Positions 54,049 to 62,262 of a stretch of DNA of 62,262 nt are shown here, one piece after another. The stretch lies in the NCBI GenBank assembly GCA_023409755.1, contig JAEYRA010000148.1, positions 1 to 62,262 on the forward strand. Reading direction: 5' to 3'. The stretch comes from Bacillota bacterium (lineage in GTDB: Bacteria; Bacillota; Clostridia; Christensenellales; UMGS416). The position numbers were made by a program, and so were the translations under genes. The stretch's first letter is position 1, and each line of letters opens with the position of its first letter. Under the pieces are notes generated by a model, which ran no database searches, was not told the DNA's origin, and saw only the letters and a list, made by a program, of their open reading frames with translations.

Positions 54049-54546
54049 ATGAGAATACGCACACGGTTTTTGGTGCACGGGGCGTTGATTGCCGCACTGT
54101 ACATCGCGTTGGTGCTGCTGGCCACGCTGACGCCCTATGGGGCGTTGAACTTTGGCCAGGTGCAGTTTCGGCTGAGCGAGGCGCTGACGGTGTTACCCTA
54201 CTTTACGCCGGCGGCCGTGCCGGGTTTGTTTGTCGGTTGCCTGGTCAGCAACATCATCGGTACTGCGGCCGGCGTCAGTTTGGGCATCCCGGATATCGTG
54301 TTTGGGAGCCTGGCCACGGGGCTGGCGGCCTGGTGTTCCTGGGGGCTTCGGCGGTGGAAGTGGTTGGTGCCGCTGCCGCCGGTCGTCATCAACGCCGCTG
54401 CGGTAGGCACGATGCTTCATCTGGTGTTGGGCTACCCGCTTTGGCTGTCAGTACTGGCTGTAGGCGCGGGCCAGCTGGTGGTGTGTTATGGCCTGGGGAT
54501 GCCACTGTTGGTTGCTTTGGACAAAAGACGGTCTATTTTCCAGTGA
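54049..54546 (+). CDS. queT: QueT family queuosine-precursor transporter (ECF S-component-like)
   Basis: MRIRTRFLVHGALIAALYIALVLL...FRLSEALTVLPYFTPAAVPGLFVGCLVSNI, 165 aa, matches the QueT pattern. Confidence 0.85.
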   Translation: MRIRTRFLVHGALIAALYIALVLLATLTPYGALNFGQVQFRLSEALTVLPYFTPAAVPGLFVGCLVSNIIGTAAGVSLGIPDIVFGSLATGLAAWCSWGLRRWKWLVPLPPVVINAAAVGTMLHLVLGYPLWLSVLAVGAGQLVVCYGLGMPLLVALDKRRSIFQ

Positions 54547-54562
54547 GAAACCTATAAAAATA

Positions 54563-54585
54563 CTACCCATCGGTGGGTGGTTTTT
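54563..54585 (+). terminator. Terminator after queT
   Basis: CTACCCA-TCGG-TGGGTGG followed by TTTTT. Confidence 0.55.
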
Positions 54586-54623
54586 GCTACAATGGTGTGG
54601 TTTAAAGGAGGGAGTCGAACTCA

Positions 54624-55577
54624 ATGATAAAAGTCGACAACGTGACCAAACGGTATGGCAGTAAACTGGCTGTCAACAATGTCTCCTTTGAAGTCAACAA
54701 GGGTGAAGTCGTCGGGTTCCTGGGCCGCAACGGCGCAGGGAAGACGACGACCATGAACATCCTGACTGGCTACATCTCCTCCAGCGGGGGAAGCGCTTCC
54801 ATCGACGGGCATGACATCCTGTTAGAGCCCCAGGAAGTCAAACGGCGCATCGGCTATTTGCCTGAGCAGCCCCCGGTTTATATGGATATGACCGTGGATG
54901 AATACCTGACCTTCTGCTGCCGCATCAAGAACGTTAAGCCCGCCCAGCGGGCCAGTCACATCGCTGATGTGTGCGAGACGATGAAGATCACCGACATGCG
55001 CAAGCGTCTTATCAAGAACCTCTCCAAGGGGTACAAGCAGCGCGTCGGTTTTGCGCAGGCGCTCATCGGTAACCCCCAGGTTCTCATTCTGGATGAGCCC
55101 ACCGTCGGCCTCGACCCCCGGCAGATCATTGAGATTCGCAACCTCATTCGGAGCCTGGGCCGGCAGCACACCATCATTTTGAGCTCCCACATCCTGAAGG
55201 AAGTCGAGGACGTTTGCGAGCGCGTGGTCATCATCGACCATGGTCAGATTGTGGCGCAGGACACGATGGCGAACCTCGCCCAGTCGGTGGGCGATATGTC
55301 CCGGCTCGTCGTACGCGTGGGTGGGGCGGACCGCCAGGTGCAGAAGACACTGCGTGAGCTCGAAGGCATCTCCTATGTGGAGGAGATGGGCACCAAGGAG
55401 CCCGACACCATCGATTACATGATTGAAAGCCAACGCAAGGCGGACGTGCGCCGTTCGATTTTCTTCACCATGTCCAAGGTCGGCAAGCCCATCCTGATGA
55501 TGCGCCCCATGGACGTGACGCTGGAGGACATCTTCATGCAGCTGACTACGGCGGACGCCGACAGGGAGGATGAGTAA
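54624..55577 (+). CDS. ABC transporter ATP-binding protein (ABC-2 type)
   Basis: GRNGAGKTT, LSKGYKQRVGFAQA, ILDEPTVGLD. 317 aa. RBS AAAGGAGGGAG. Confidence 0.9.
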   Translation: MIKVDNVTKRYGSKLAVNNVSFEVNKGEVVGFLGRNGAGKTTTMNILTGYISSSGGSASIDGHDILLEPQEVKRRIGYLPEQPPVYMDMTVDEYLTFCCRIKNVKPAQRASHIADVCETMKITDMRKRLIKNLSKGYKQRVGFAQALIGNPQVLILDEPTVGLDPRQIIEIRNLIRSLGRQHTIILSSHILKEVEDVCERVVIIDHGQIVAQDTMANLAQSVGDMSRLVVRVGGADRQVQKTLRELEGISYVEEMGTKEPDTIDYMIESQRKADVRRSIFFTMSKVGKPILMMRPMDVTLEDIFMQLTTADADREDE

Positions 55578-55580
55578 CAA

Positions 55581-56294
55581 ATGCGCGCAGTTTACAGAAG
55601 AGAGCTGCAGGGCTATTTCCTTTCGCCCATTGCATACGTGTTCATTGGAATCTTCATGCTGGTTTCCGGCATTTTCTTTGCCATGACCAACGTGTTGTCG
55701 CAGCAGGCGGACTTCAACGGTATGCTGGGGAACCTCACGTTCCTCTTCATGCTCATCGTGCCGGTGCTGACGATGAAACTCCTGAGCGAGGAGCGCAAGA
55801 ACAAGACCGACCAGCTGCTGCTGACGGCCCCGGTGTCGCTTGTGAGCATCGTGGTGGGCAAGTACCTGGCCGCGGTCACGGTGTTCCTGGTGACGCTGGT
55901 CGTGTCGGCCATCTATCCCATCACGCTGTTCCTTTATGGCAACCCGTCGCTCGTTGAAATTCTAAACGGGTACCTCGGGTTCTTCCTGCTGGGTTCGGCC
56001 CTCATCGCCGTGGGCTTGCTCATGTCGGGCCTGTCAGAGAACCAGGTGACCGCGGCAGTTTCGACCTTTGGCGTGCTGCTGTTGCTGTGGCTGGGTGGCG
56101 ATGTGCTCTCTTCCCTCATCAGTGTTGACTGGATCAACAGCGTGCTAGACTGGTTCTCGGTGTACAACCGCTTCCAGAACTTCACGGCGGGCCTTCTGAG
56201 CATCACCCAGGTCATTTACTATATCAGTTTCTCCGCGGTGTTCGTCTTCCTGACGATTCGCCTGCTGGAGAGCAGAAGATGGAGCGAGGTGTGA
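55581..56294 (+). CDS. ABC-2 family transporter permease
   Basis: 237 aa with six hydrophobic segments. Starts 3 nt after the ATPase stop. Confidence 0.85.
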   Translation: MRAVYRRELQGYFLSPIAYVFIGIFMLVSGIFFAMTNVLSQQADFNGMLGNLTFLFMLIVPVLTMKLLSEERKNKTDQLLLTAPVSLVSIVVGKYLAAVTVFLVTLVVSAIYPITLFLYGNPSLVEILNGYLGFFLLGSALIAVGLLMSGLSENQVTAAVSTFGVLLLLWLGGDVLSSLISVDWINSVLDWFSVYNRFQNFTAGLLSITQVIYYISFSAVFVFLTIRLLESRRWSEV

Positions 56295-56299
56295 CAGCC

Positions 56300-57772
56300 A
56301 TGCACAAGCAGAATGTGAAAGGTTTTTTTGGCAACAAAAAGGTCAGATATGGCGGCTATGCGACGCTCATCACCCTCTTAGGCATCGCACTGGTTGTGCT
56401 CTTCAACATTGGTCTGAGCACGCTGGAGGAGAACTTCGACCTGAAGATAGACACCTCTCAAAGCCAGAAGTATACGTTGACTGATCAGACCAAGAAAATT
56501 CTCAACAAGCTCGACCAGGACATCTACATCTACACCGTGTTTCCCACCGGCAATGAAGATGAGAACACCGTCGAGCTGCTCAAGAAGTACAAGGGTGTCT
56601 CCGGCCACATCGTGGTGGAGAATAAAGATCCCGACCTCAACCCCGGGTTCCTCCAACAGTACACCTCCACGGGGGAGAGCATAGGCAGCGGTTCGGTCAT
56701 CGTTTCCAACAAGGATGGCAAGACCTTCCGTGTGTTGGATTCCTATGACCTCTATCAGACTTCCACCGACTCCACCACAGGGAGCACCACCGTCACACAG
56801 TTTAAGGCGGAGAGCTCTCTTACCTCGGCCATCAACTACATCGTGACGGGCTACATGCCCACGGCGTGGCTGGTGCAGGGTCATGGCGAGCCTTCTCTGA
56901 GTGAGATTTCCACCATTACCACCGCCATGGGCAACGAAAACTACAACGTGGAGACGGTCAACATCGCCCAGACCCCGGACAAGATCAAAGCGGGCGACAT
57001 CATCATGATCATCAACCCCACCACCGACTTCTCCGAGGAGGAGCGCGCGGTGCTCAAACCCCTGATGGAGAAGGGCGGGCGGTTCATCTTCCTGCTTGAC
57101 CCCACGACGATGGGCGCCAAGACGCTGACCAACCTGGAGGCTCTGCTGAAGCTCTACAACATTGAGCTCAAGCGCGGCATTGTGGTGGAGGGTGCAGCTC
57201 GATACATGATCTCCAACATGCCGGTGTACCTGTCTCCCAGCATTGAGAGCCACACCATCACCAACGCTCTGCGCACCACCAACATCCCGATCATCATTCC
57301 GCTGGGCGGCGCATTGAAATTGCCTGACGAGGCACCGGAATCGACCACCACGATCACCCCCTTGCTGCAGACCTCCGACTCCTCCTACCTGAAGGCCGTC
57401 GACAGCGACACCAGTGAGAAGGCGGAGGGTGATGAAGTAGGTCCCTTTGTGGTGGCTGCCGCGGTGGAGAACACCAACAGCAGCAACACCGACGAGAACG
57501 CTCGCATCTTCATCGCGTACAACACGACGTTTGTTACCGATACCAAAATCGGGAACTACTCGTCCAACCAGGACTTCTTCCTGAACGCGGCTGGATGGAT
57601 GCGCAGTAGCGAGGACAGCATCTACATTCGTGCCAAGTCGCTGAGCAACCCGGTTCTGGTCTTTAGAAGCCAGGCCCAGCTGCTGTCGGTTCTAGTCATC
57701 TCCGTGCTGCTGGTTCCGGTGCTCATGCTGGTCGCGGGTATCATGATTTATCTGCGGCGCAAGCACTTGTAA
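56300..57772 (+). CDS. GldG-like ABC transporter accessory protein (ABC_transp_aux family)
   Basis: N- and C-terminal TM anchors flank a large extracytoplasmic domain. The sequence (KYTLTDQTKKILNKLDQDIYIYTVF) is typical of GldG-family proteins. Confidence 0.8.
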   Translation: MHKQNVKGFFGNKKVRYGGYATLITLLGIALVVLFNIGLSTLEENFDLKIDTSQSQKYTLTDQTKKILNKLDQDIYIYTVFPTGNEDENTVELLKKYKGVSGHIVVENKDPDLNPGFLQQYTSTGESIGSGSVIVSNKDGKTFRVLDSYDLYQTSTDSTTGSTTVTQFKAESSLTSAINYIVTGYMPTAWLVQGHGEPSLSEISTITTAMGNENYNVETVNIAQTPDKIKAGDIIMIINPTTDFSEEERAVLKPLMEKGGRFIFLLDPTTMGAKTLTNLEALLKLYNIELKRGIVVEGAARYMISNMPVYLSPSIESHTITNALRTTNIPIIIPLGGALKLPDEAPESTTTITPLLQTSDSSYLKAVDSDTSEKAEGDEVGPFVVAAAVENTNSSNTDENARIFIAYNTTFVTDTKIGNYSSNQDFFLNAAGWMRSSEDSIYIRAKSLSNPVLVFRSQAQLLSVLVISVLLVPVLMLVAGIMIYLRRKHL

Positions 57773-57794
57773 GCGAAGGGACGGTTGTGCCAAG

Positions 57795-59222
57795 ATGAAA
57801 ATGAAACGCAATCTCATCATACTGGCGGTGGTGCTGGTGCTGGCCGTTGGGCTGGTCATCGGCGCCCCATACCTCAAGCCTGCTGCTGAGCCCACGCCCA
57901 CCGCGACGGTTGAGACGGAGTATCTGACCCAGTATGCCGGTGTGGACGTGAAACAGGTGCAGCTGCACAACGCCACCGGTGATCTGACGCTGGAGTACAA
58001 TGCCGACGCCGACACGGTCTCCCTGAAGGGGGATGCTGCCCCCCTGGACCAGACCTCTTCTATCAACGTGCTCAGCAACCTGGCCACCGTGTCGGTGGAG
58101 CGCGTCATTGAAGAGGACCCCACGGATCTGGAGCAGTACGGGCTGAAGTCCCCGCAGGCTACGGCGACCGTCGTCTTCAATGACGGAACCACCGCCACCT
58201 ACCTGCTGGGCAAGGCCGCCGTCACCAGCAGCACCTACTACCTCATGAAAGAGGGCGACAAGCGGGTTGTGACCGTGTGGACAAGCGTGGCCACGGCCAT
58301 GACGACCACCCGGGATTCCCTGCTGGCAAAGGCGAGCATCGGGTTAGCCCAAACCGACATCCACACCGTGACGGTACGCCGGAACGGCCAGGATTCCTAT
58401 TCCTTCACCGATCAGGACGAGTTGGGCGATGTGGGCACCTTTGCGTGGGTCATCACCTATCCCTGGAAGCGCAGCGCAGACGTGGACAAGCTGGCGGAGA
58501 TCACCGAGGGCATTGCCGGAATGGCGGTGAATGAGGTGGTCAAAGGCAACCCCACCCAGGCGGATCTGGCTTCCTATGGCCTGGACAACCCCAAGGCGGA
58601 AGTCATTGCCGAAGGGGCGGGTAAGACCGTTGATCTGCTCATCGGCGGTGAGATGGATAGCCTGTATCACTATGTAAAGTTTGCTGACGACAGCAAGGTG
58701 TACTCCATGGCCAAGACGTCACTGGCGTTCATCGACTTCGAACCCTACACGCTGACGGACGACATGATCCTGCTTGTGAACATTTCCAAGGTCAGCGGCC
58801 TGAAGGTCGATTGCCTGGGGGTGAGCGGGGAGATCGGCATCAAGCAGGTGCAAGTGCTGGACAGCAAGGGCAACCCCAAGCAGAATGCCAACGGCGCTGA
58901 CATCTACACCGAGGAGTTCACGATGGACGGCAAGGCGCTGGATGAGGACATCGGGCGGACCTATTATAGGACGGCCATCGGCATCACGACCCACAGCTAC
59001 ATTGAGGAAGGCTGGAAGCCGACTGGTGCTTCGGTTGGGACGATCTCGTTCACCCGCACCAGCAAGCCTCAGACCGTGACGCTCAAGGTCTATGCCTACG
59101 ACCAGGACTTCTACGCCGTGACGCTGGACGACGAGGATTATTTCCGTGTCACCACTGAGCGGATTCAGGCCGTGGCGGATAATCTACAGAAGCTCAAGGA
59201 CGGTACGTTGGAGGCTGACTGA
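57795..59222 (+). CDS. DUF4340 domain-containing protein
   Basis: N-terminal TM anchor and repeated beta-rich modules. It occupies the usual DUF4340 position downstream of GldG-like genes. Confidence 0.7.
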   Translation: MKMKRNLIILAVVLVLAVGLVIGAPYLKPAAEPTPTATVETEYLTQYAGVDVKQVQLHNATGDLTLEYNADADTVSLKGDAAPLDQTSSINVLSNLATVSVERVIEEDPTDLEQYGLKSPQATATVVFNDGTTATYLLGKAAVTSSTYYLMKEGDKRVVTVWTSVATAMTTTRDSLLAKASIGLAQTDIHTVTVRRNGQDSYSFTDQDELGDVGTFAWVITYPWKRSADVDKLAEITEGIAGMAVNEVVKGNPTQADLASYGLDNPKAEVIAEGAGKTVDLLIGGEMDSLYHYVKFADDSKVYSMAKTSLAFIDFEPYTLTDDMILLVNISKVSGLKVDCLGVSGEIGIKQVQVLDSKGNPKQNANGADIYTEEFTMDGKALDEDIGRTYYRTAIGITTHSYIEEGWKPTGASVGTISFTRTSKPQTVTLKVYAYDQDFYAVTLDDEDYFRVTTERIQAVADNLQKLKDGTLEAD

Positions 59223-59239
59223 GCAAACTACAAATACGG

Positions 59240-59268
59240 AGCGGGTCCGCCAAGGCGGCCCCGCTTTT
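59240..59268 (+). terminator. Intrinsic terminator after the DUF4340 gene
   Basis: AGCGGGTCCGCC-AA-GGCGGCCCCGCT + TTTT. Confidence 0.65.
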
Positions 59269-59287
59269 GCCATTCGGGCCCGCGCTG

Positions 59288-59315
59288 TTCAAGGCGGCCT
59301 TGTCTATGTTATAAT
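59288..59315 (+). promoter_or_regulatory. Sigma-A type promoter of the second degV gene
   Basis: TTCAAG (59288-59293), 16-nt spacer ending TGT, TATAAT (59310-59315). Confidence 0.55.
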
Positions 59316-59349
59316 ATACAGTACGATTTTATTGCAGAGGGTGGTTGGG

Positions 59350-60204
59350 GTGAAACCAATACAGTTGGTCGCAGACAGTACCTGTGATCTGTCCCCAGAG
59401 TTGATCGAGCGCTATCATATTTCCATCGTACCGCTTTATGTTACCATGGGGGACGAAAGCCATAAGGACGACGACCGGTTGAGCAAGCAGGCGATGTTTG
59501 ACTACACCGCCCGTACCAAACAGACACCCAAGACGGCCGCCGCCACCATCGATGACTATCTCCAGGAGTTCCGCCGGCATGTGGACGCCGGGCGGGACGT
59601 CGTGTATGTGGGTCTCTCCTCCAAGATGTCTTCCACTGTCTCCAACGCGGTCATCGCCGCAAGCGAGCTGCCGGAAGGCGCGGTGGAGGTTGTTGACTCC
59701 GAGAACCTCTCCACGGGCATTGGCCTGCTGGTGCTGCTGGCAGCACGGCTGGCGGAGCAGGGGCGAAGCGCTGCGGAGATCGCCGCCACGCTGCGCTCTG
59801 GCGCGGGGCGGGTGCGCGCAAGCTTCGTCATTGATACACTGATGTACCTGTATCGTGGCGGACGCTGTACCGCGGTGCAGGCCTTCGGCGCCAACGCACT
59901 GAACCTGAAGCCCGAGATTGTGGTGACCGACGGGCAAATGCACCCCGACCGTAAATACCGCGGCAACATCGTACGCTGCGCGCAGAAGTACGCCGAAGAC
60001 GTACTGAACGCCGCAGTGCGGCCCGACCCAACCTGTGTGTTCATCACCTATTCACCCAGTGACCCGGCGTTGGTGGAAGCCGTGCGTCAGGTGGTGGAGG
60101 CACGGGGCATCTTTCAGGAGATTCATTTGACCGACGCGGGCAGCGTGGTCACCAGCCACTGCGGCCCGAACACCATCGGCGTGCTGTACATGGAGCAAGA
60201 GTAA
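59350..60204 (+). CDS. DegV family protein
   Basis: VKPIQLVADSTCDLSPELIERYHISIVPLYV... GTG start at 59350 (or 59341). Confidence 0.85.
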   Translation: MKPIQLVADSTCDLSPELIERYHISIVPLYVTMGDESHKDDDRLSKQAMFDYTARTKQTPKTAAATIDDYLQEFRRHVDAGRDVVYVGLSSKMSSTVSNAVIAASELPEGAVEVVDSENLSTGIGLLVLLAARLAEQGRSAAEIAATLRSGAGRVRASFVIDTLMYLYRGGRCTAVQAFGANALNLKPEIVVTDGQMHPDRKYRGNIVRCAQKYAEDVLNAAVRPDPTCVFITYSPSDPALVEAVRQVVEARGIFQEIHLTDAGSVVTSHCGPNTIGVLYMEQE

Positions 60205-60214
60205 GGGGGACAAC

Positions 60215-61339
60215 ATGAATTACCGTAAGTTTGGCAACACCGGGTTTGACATTTCCGTTCTGGGGTTCGGGGCCATGCGCCTGCCGCAGAAGGAAGGTAA
60301 CGGTGAGCAGGTCTTTGACTATGACGAGAGCATGCGCATCATCCACCGCGCCTTCGAGCTGGGTGTCAACTACATCGACACCGCTCCTTACTACTGCAAC
60401 AAAGAGAGCGAGATTATAGTCGGCAAGGCGCTGAAGGGTTGGCGCGATCGAGTGAAGGTTTCCACCAAGTGCCCGCTGGATGACTGCGACACCCCGGAGA
60501 AGGTCCGTGCCATGCTGGAGCTGTCCTTGAAGAAGCTGGACGTCGACACCATCGACTTCTACCATTGCTGGGGCATTGGATGGGAGGCTTACGAGAACAC
60601 CATCCGCGGCGCCGTGCTGGAAGAACTCCAGAAGGCCAAGGCCGAAGGGCTGATCCAGCACCTGTCCTTCTCCTTCCACGATGTGCCCGAGAGCATGATC
60701 AAGCTCGTCGACACCGGCTGCTTTGAGTCTGTGCTCTGCCAGTACAACCTGCTGGACCGCTCCAACGAGCAGGCGCTGGCCCACGCCACGGCCAATGGCC
60801 TGGGCACCGTCGTGATGGGCCCGGTGGGCGGCGGGCGCCTCGGCGCGCCTTCGCCGGTCATCCAGTCCATGCTGCCGGGCGGCACCCGCAGCAGTGCGGA
60901 GACCGCGCTGCGCTATGTCCTCTCCAACCCCAACGTGTGCTGCGCCCTCTCGGGCATGGGCACCCTTGCCATGGTGGAGGAAAACTGTGAAGTCGCCTCC
61001 CGTCCGTCCACGCTGACCGAAGCCGAGAAGGCCCAGGTGCTGGCCTCGATGGAGGAGAAGAAGAAGCTGGCCGAGCTCTATTGCACCGGCTGCGGCTACT
61101 GCATGCCCTGCCCCCAGGGGGTGGATATCCCGAAGAACTTTGAGATCATGAACCTGTACCGGGTGTATGGCCTGACCGAGGCCGCCCGTGGGCAGTATGG
61201 CAACCTGGGCAAGGGTTGGGCGGCCAAGAGCCTGCCGGCCAGTGCCTGTGTGGAGTGCGGCCTGTGCGAGGAGAAGTGCCCCCAGCACATCGAGATCCGC
61301 CGGAACCTCAAGGAAACCCACGAGGCACTGGCGCGCTGA
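60215..61339 (+). CDS. Aldo/keto reductase with C-terminal 4Fe-4S ferredoxin-type domain
   Basis: AKR N-terminus MNYRKFGNTGFDISVLGFGAMRL. C-terminal CTGCGYCMPCP and CVECGLCEEKCP cluster motifs. Confidence 0.85.
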   Translation: MNYRKFGNTGFDISVLGFGAMRLPQKEGNGEQVFDYDESMRIIHRAFELGVNYIDTAPYYCNKESEIIVGKALKGWRDRVKVSTKCPLDDCDTPEKVRAMLELSLKKLDVDTIDFYHCWGIGWEAYENTIRGAVLEELQKAKAEGLIQHLSFSFHDVPESMIKLVDTGCFESVLCQYNLLDRSNEQALAHATANGLGTVVMGPVGGGRLGAPSPVIQSMLPGGTRSSAETALRYVLSNPNVCCALSGMGTLAMVEENCEVASRPSTLTEAEKAQVLASMEEKKKLAELYCTGCGYCMPCPQGVDIPKNFEIMNLYRVYGLTEAARGQYGNLGKGWAAKSLPASACVECGLCEEKCPQHIEIRRNLKETHEALAR

Positions 61340-62163
61340 TGGGGAACTGGAAGGTATTTGAGGACGACATCCGCGGGTTGGGGAGGGTGGCAATCGCCTT
61401 CTCCGGCGGGGTGGACAGCGCGCTGCTGGTACGCCTCTGCGCCGACTTGTTGGGCCCAGCCAATGTGCTGGCGCTGACGGCGGTGACCCAGCTGCAGGCC
61501 CGGCGGGAGCTCGGGGAGGCCCGCGACATCGCGGCGCTCGCCGGTGTGCGGCTGGTGGAGGTCGAACTCGACGCCCTGGCCGTGCCCGAGGTGCGTGCCA
61601 ACCCAATCGACCGCTGCTACCACTGCAAGCGGAATATCTTTACGACGCTCCTCGCCTACGCCCGACAGGAGGGGTTTGAAGCCCTGCTGGACGGCACCAA
61701 TGCCTCTGACCGGGGGGACTACCGGCCGGGGCACCGGGCTGTGAAGGAACTGGGGGTGTTGAGCCCCTTTGACCGGGCCGACATCACCAAGGCCGAGATC
61801 CGGGAGAAGTCCCAGTCCCTGGGCCTGCCCAACTGGAACGCACCGGCGGCGGCCTGCCTTGCCTCCCGCGTGCCCTATGGCACCGCACTCGATGAGGAGA
61901 CCCTCCGCCGGGTGGAGCGGGCCGAGGAAGCCCTGCTGTCCCGGGGGTTCCGGGGCTGCCGGGTGCGGGTGCACGGCCCTGTTGCCCGCATCGAGACACC
62001 GGCCGATGACATTGCAAGGCTGGCAGCACCCGATGTGCGTGAGGGACTGACCAATGAACTCAAGGCCTTAGGGTTTGACTTTGTAGCGCTGGATTTAACC
62101 GGTTACCGCATGGGCAGCCTGAACAGCACCATAGAAAAGGAAGAGAAACGTGCAGAGCGATAA
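61339..62163 (+). CDS. larE: ATP-dependent sacrificial sulfur transferase LarE (nickel-pincer cofactor biosynthesis)
   Basis: PP-loop AFSGGVDS and the conserved AAACLASRVPYG cysteine region. 274 aa. The start overlaps the AKR stop by 1 nt. Confidence 0.85.
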   Translation: MGNWKVFEDDIRGLGRVAIAFSGGVDSALLVRLCADLLGPANVLALTAVTQLQARRELGEARDIAALAGVRLVEVELDALAVPEVRANPIDRCYHCKRNIFTTLLAYARQEGFEALLDGTNASDRGDYRPGHRAVKELGVLSPFDRADITKAEIREKSQSLGLPNWNAPAAACLASRVPYGTALDEETLRRVERAEEALLSRGFRGCRVRVHGPVARIETPADDIARLAAPDVREGLTNELKALGFDFVALDLTGYRMGSLNSTIEKEEKRAER

Positions 62164-62262
62164 CATCAAAGCATTGCTGGAGGGGGTCAAGGACGGCTCC
62201 GTCGCCATCGAGCAGGCGATGGAGAAGCTGTCCGGTCTGCCCTTTGAAGACTTGGGCTATGC
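62150..62262 (+). CDS. larB: LarB-like (nickel-pincer cofactor biosynthesis, AIR-carboxylase-related) protein, 3'-truncated by window edge
   Basis: GTG at 62150 with RBS AAGGAAGAG. The N-terminus VQSDNIKALLEGVKDGSVAIEQAMEKLSGLPFEDLGY matches typical LarB N-termini. It lies directly after larE. Confidence 0.6.
   Translation, partial: MQSDNIKALLEGVKDGSVAIEQAMEKLSGLPFEDLGY

Noticed and set aside
53831-54052. 73-aa plus-strand ORF overlapping the queT promoter and leader
   Set aside because: It starts upstream of the predicted -35 and spans the promoter and the structured UTR. It has no RBS and arginine/alanine-rich shadow-like composition.

Overview
GC-rich, Gram-positive-type chromosomal segment. 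AGGAGG-type ribosome-binding sites, a T-box leader, relA-dtd, cggR-pgk-tpiA-gpmI and DegV/DUF1836 pairs suggest Clostridia, possibly Oscillospiraceae/Ruminococcaceae-like; that placement is inference only. There are about 55 supported CDS and no rRNA, tRNA or CRISPR. Most genes are housekeeping: proS behind a T-box, yebC-like, cbiM-cbiQ-cbiO, araB, an ABC-F ATPase, recJ, apt, relA, dtd, hemZ, cggR-pgk-tpiA-gpmI, pta, ispE, smpB, queT, larE-larB. Two things stand out. (1) Six copies of a roughly 210-310 nt multi-hairpin intergenic element (5 on +, 1 on -) at about 7888-8116, 27919-28147, 43048-43275, 45348-45573, 47832-48147 and 49727-49969. Loop and linker sequences are conserved while the stems change by compensatory substitutions. 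Every copy lies in a gene 3' or intergenic region just downstream of a terminator-like hairpin; two are flanked by locus-specific ~21 nt direct repeats and one supplies the stop codon of a neighbouring gene. I could not match it from memory to a named RNA or IS family, so it is a candidate structured ncRNA or non-autonomous mobile element. (2) A tight 10-gene minus-strand operon (28149-37897) with an upstream ROK regulator and a divergent MFS transporter plus GH38-like hydrolase. It contains two paralogous SDR + SelA/DgaE-like PLP enzyme + RidA modules (one fused into a single 676-aa protein), a D-aminoacylase-family amidohydrolase, a lactonase, extra SDRs (one without its catalytic Tyr/Lys) and three RidA paralogs. 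This is consistent with an uncharacterised non-phosphorylative amino-sugar / amino-sugar-acid pathway. Many long ORFs in the track are antisense shadow ORFs of this GC-rich DNA and were rejected.
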